DNA of 64,000 nucleotides from Balanoglossus misakiensis (taxonomy: Eukaryota; Animalia; Hemichordata), in the NCBI GenBank assembly GCA_040954595.2, contig CM082591.2:8472380-8536379 (forward strand), written 5' to 3'. Both the position numbers and the translations under genes were made by a program. The notes under the pieces are model-generated. The model was given only the letters and a program-made list of their open reading frames with translations. It was not told the DNA's origin and did no database searches. Positions 1-64,000 of this stretch are shown in pieces (position 1 is the first letter of the stretch; the number at the start of each line of letters is the position of its first letter).

Positions 1-293
1 CCTATATTTTCTGTAAAATAGACATTTAATTGGCAGGCCATCCTGCATCAATTATTATGTCTGTACATGCACTGAAGCGCCCTCACAGGGTGCGTTGCAT
101 GGTCTTCAAGCATGTTAAAAATCAGAGTACTTTCTGCAATTTCAAGACAGATATATATATATGAAAATATCAATATTTTAAATGTCGAATTAGTCTGCTA
201 CCTTATGTTATTATTGATTCCAATTCAAACTTTCCTTCCCTTGTACAGCTGTGATGAGTACTGTTCAAGAGCGAAAAAGAAAATACAGGCATA

Positions 294-60541
<60,248 letters not shown>

Positions 60542-60947
60542 GTAAACAATCACATAGAGAAATAGACTACTTACACTACCACAACAGCCAACATTTTCCA
60601 TTCACCTATATTCATCAGCGTTGTTTGAAGACAAATGTGCCTTAAACAGAAGCATGTTCTGTTTGATTACAACACTAGTTATTAAGGGTTTTTGATTTTC
60701 TTTATCTGGGTATTAGTTTAGACTCAGTTATTAATTTCAAACACCGGCTGGATAGGAAAGTGTCCTAATATGGCAGAAAATGTAGAATTTTTTTCACTAG
60801 ACTGTTATACTTTCGGACAGTCTAAACTGGTGTAGGATATAGAAACTGCTTACTAGCTCGCTAATCCTGCACTGACACATTCAATTGGTTTGAACACAGG
60901 GAGCTTAGGCTCATCGGTCTAGTTGTAAAATTAATAAAAAACATACT

Positions 60948-60978
<31 letters not shown>

Positions 60979-61340
60979 TATAAAAGTATTATTTTTATAT
61001 AATTCTTTATTTAACTAGTTTAGGTGGTTTAAAGAATTATATAAACAATTTATCAATTTAATAAGCACGGGTGGATTTTCAGTACAATCATTCCAGATTC
61101 AAAAGACACCATTTTCAAATTGAGTGTAACATAAAGATAGGCCTATATCTAAAAATGAAGACGTTCCAACGCTTTCGGTTGGAGATTTTCTTCATATTCA
61201 CAAAAAACTACGGGTATAGTTAACACTATTTAAAACCTTGTTACCCGTGGCGTGTGTCCGACAGATCTGAGGCACAAAACTTCGCTTGTAACCCAATGCG
61301 AGTTGGAGACTGAATTTATTTACGTACAACATTGTAGCAA

Positions 61341-63748
61341 TTTTTTAGCTCGGCTGTCACTTGTGACAGCTGAGCTGTAGCAGTAGGTTGATTAGTGTCC
61401 GTCCGTCGTCCGTCGTCTGTTGTCCGTCAACTTTTGGTATTTCAATCTTCTTCTTTAAAACAACTTGGCATATTTAGCTGAAATTTGGTTGGAATGTGTG
61501 TTATGGTGCCCTTAACTGATTTTGTTAATTTGGACTTGGTGGGGTCATGAATATGCAAATTAGATCTAAAAATAGAATTTTTGGTAAAAATCTTCTTCTC
61601 CACAACTACATGTACAATGGAGCTGAAATTTGGTAGGAATGTGTGTTATGGGGCCCCTACCTGATTTTGTAAATTTGGATTTGATGGGGTCATTAATATG
61701 CAAATTAGATCTAAAAATATTATTTTTGGTAAAAATCTTCTTCTCCACAACTACATGTACAATGGAGCTAAAATTTGGTAGGAATGTGTGTTATGGGGCC
61801 CCTACCTGATTTTGTAAATTTGGATTTGATGGGGTCATAAATATGCAAATTAGATCTAAAAATAGAATTTTTGGTAAAAAAATTTTTTCTCCATAACTAC
61901 ACGTACGATAGAGCTGAAATTTGGTAGGAATGTGTGTTATGGGGCCCCTACCTGATTTTGTAAATTTGGATTTGATGGGGTCATAAATATGCAAATTAGA
62001 TCTAAAAATAGAATTTTTGGTAAAAAAAATTTTTCTCCATAACTACACGTACGATAGAGCTGAAATTTGGTAGGAATGTGTGTTATGGTGTCCCTACCTG
62101 ATTTTGTTAATTTGGATTTGATGGGGTCATAAATATGCAAATTAGATCTAAAAATAGAATTTTTGGTAAAAAATATTTTTCTCCATAACTACATGTACGA
62201 TAGAGCTGAAACTTGGTAGGAATGTGTGTTATGGTGTCCCTACCTGATTTTGTTAATTTGGATTTGATGGGGTCATAAATATGCAAATTAGATCTATTAA
62301 TAGATTTTTTGGTAAAAAATCTTCTTTTTCCTAACTACATGTACGATGGAGCTGAAATTTGGTAGGAATGTGCGTTATGGTGTCCCTACCTGATTTTATT
62401 AATTTGGATTTGATCGGGTCATGAATATGCAAATTAGATCTAAGAATAGAATTTTTGGTCGAAAATCTTTTTCTCCATAACTACATGTACGATAGAGCTG
62501 AAATTTGGTAGGAATGTGTGTTATGGTGCCCCTACCTGATTTTGTTAATTTGGATTTGATGGGGTCATAAATATGCAAATAAGATCTAAAAATAGATTTT
62601 TTGGTAAAAAATCTTCTTCCTAACAACATGTACGATGGAGCTGAAATTTGGTAGGAATGTATGTTATGGTGTCCCTACCTGATTTTGTTAATTTGGATTT
62701 GATGGGGTCATCAATATGCAAATTAGATCTAAAAATAGAATTTTATGGGGTCAAAAAAATTTGCCCAAATTTTGGGTGACCTCACATGACCTTTGACCTA
62801 CTTTCCTATATCTCGGCATACAGAGCAGGTACAGACTTGGCGTTTTGAGGGTTGGGGCTAAAATTTAAAAGCCGAAATGGGGGTCACCTGTGACACCTGC
62901 ATATCTCATTAATAATGCACATACCTAATTCTAGGCTAACCAATAGGGCTATAGGTTTTGTTTTTGTTGAACATGGACAAGTATGGGGTCAAAATTTCTT
63001 GCCCAAATTTTTGGTGACCTTAGGTGACCTTTGACCTACTTTACCATATCTCTGTATCCAGAGCAGGTACAGCCTTGGTATTTGGAGGGATGGAACTCCT
63101 AATGGAGTCTTACACTTTACCTCATTAATTATGTGCATACCTAATTCTAGGCGAACCAATAAGGCTAGAGGTCTGGTTTTTGTTGGACCTGGATAAGTAT
63201 AGGGTCAAAATTTCTTGCCCAAATTTTGGTGACCTTTGACATTCTTCTGCATATCTCGGCACCCAGAGTAGGTACAGTACGGATGGGACCAAAATAAGAA
63301 ACCAAATTTAAAGGTCACCTGTGACACCTACTTAACTCATTAATTATGTGCATACCTAATTCCAGGCTAACTAATAGGGGTTGAGGTTTCGTTCTTGTGG
63401 GACATGGACCAGTATAGGGTCAAAATTATTACCCAAATTTCTGGTGACCTCACATGACCTTTGATGTAAATATGACGGAAATGCGAAATACTACATAAAT
63501 TAAAAATCTGCTGACTTTATATTTGGTAAGAATAAGCACACACCTGTAATGATTACCGCTATGTGCTATGTGCAATGTTGGCTTGTGCCCGCTATTGCTG
63601 CTTGGCAGCTATATTGATGTCTATGTTTGGTTTTGTTTAATAGAATACAATTGTTATAAATTAAAACCTATGGTATTCTGTATTCATATCATTGCCCAGG
63701 TTACACTGTTAAAGTCAGCAGAGCTCTTTTGACCAATAGGTCACTTGT
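61341..63748 (+). mobile_element. Helentron-type HINE family B copy 3
   Basis: Same head and tail as copies 1 and 2; nine ~146-bp units. Confidence 0.85.
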
Positions 63749-64000
63749 CGTATGTTTGCGCGCGCTCTGAAATCACGCGATGTCAACTGAGTGTGAACGA
63801 GCTGTTTCGCGTCGTGTCGCCTGCCCAGTTTTCGTGGCTAAAACGACAGGAATAATACCCCAGTTTGCTTTAGAATTGCACATATCGTGAGATTTGAGCG
63901 CCGTAGAAACCGCAGATATCGTGGAACAGGAAGGTTAGTGTTAAAATCATTGTTTTAATCGAAGTATTGACCTTTGAGTTATGCTACGTTTGTGTCGGTG

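Noticed and set aside
61150-61200. Hammerhead-like motif on the minus strand (TGAAGA...CGAAA), as in Penelope elements
   Set aside because: The core lacks the CUGA start and a proper stem II; there is no supporting Penelope ORF.
61480-62750. Regular ~146-bp repeats as a CRISPR array or a repeat-protein gene
   Set aside because: There are no unique spacers and no cas genes. Unit length is not a multiple of 3, so the ORFs shift frame; these are satellite units inside a Helentron-type element.

Overview
Eukaryotic, AT-rich, repeat-dense genomic DNA from an invertebrate animal; the species cannot be determined from the sequence. The window is spanned on the + strand by one intron-rich ankyrin-repeat gene. 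It has a putative ATG exon at 294-335 and 14 further exons between 26563 and 60541, all phase 0-0 and mostly one ankyrin repeat each; no stop codon is reached, so the gene continues beyond the window. The introns are packed with transposons. One four-level nest is Sola DNA transposon > Gypsy LTR retrotransposon > 3-bp-TSD TIR element > CR1/L2 LINE. A second nest is Ngaro-like relic > TIR element > Helentron-type element > Harbinger MITE plus a second Helentron-type element. There are also several non-autonomous Helentron (HINE/DINE-like) families carrying internal satellites, and Kolobok, Harbinger and Tc1/pogo MITEs. A family of non-coding elements ends in long imperfect hairpins that conserve tandem G.A mismatches on one strand. 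No rRNA, genuine tRNA, CRISPR or prokaryotic genes are supported. All coordinates were read by eye; family assignments come from motifs and terminal structure, not database searches.
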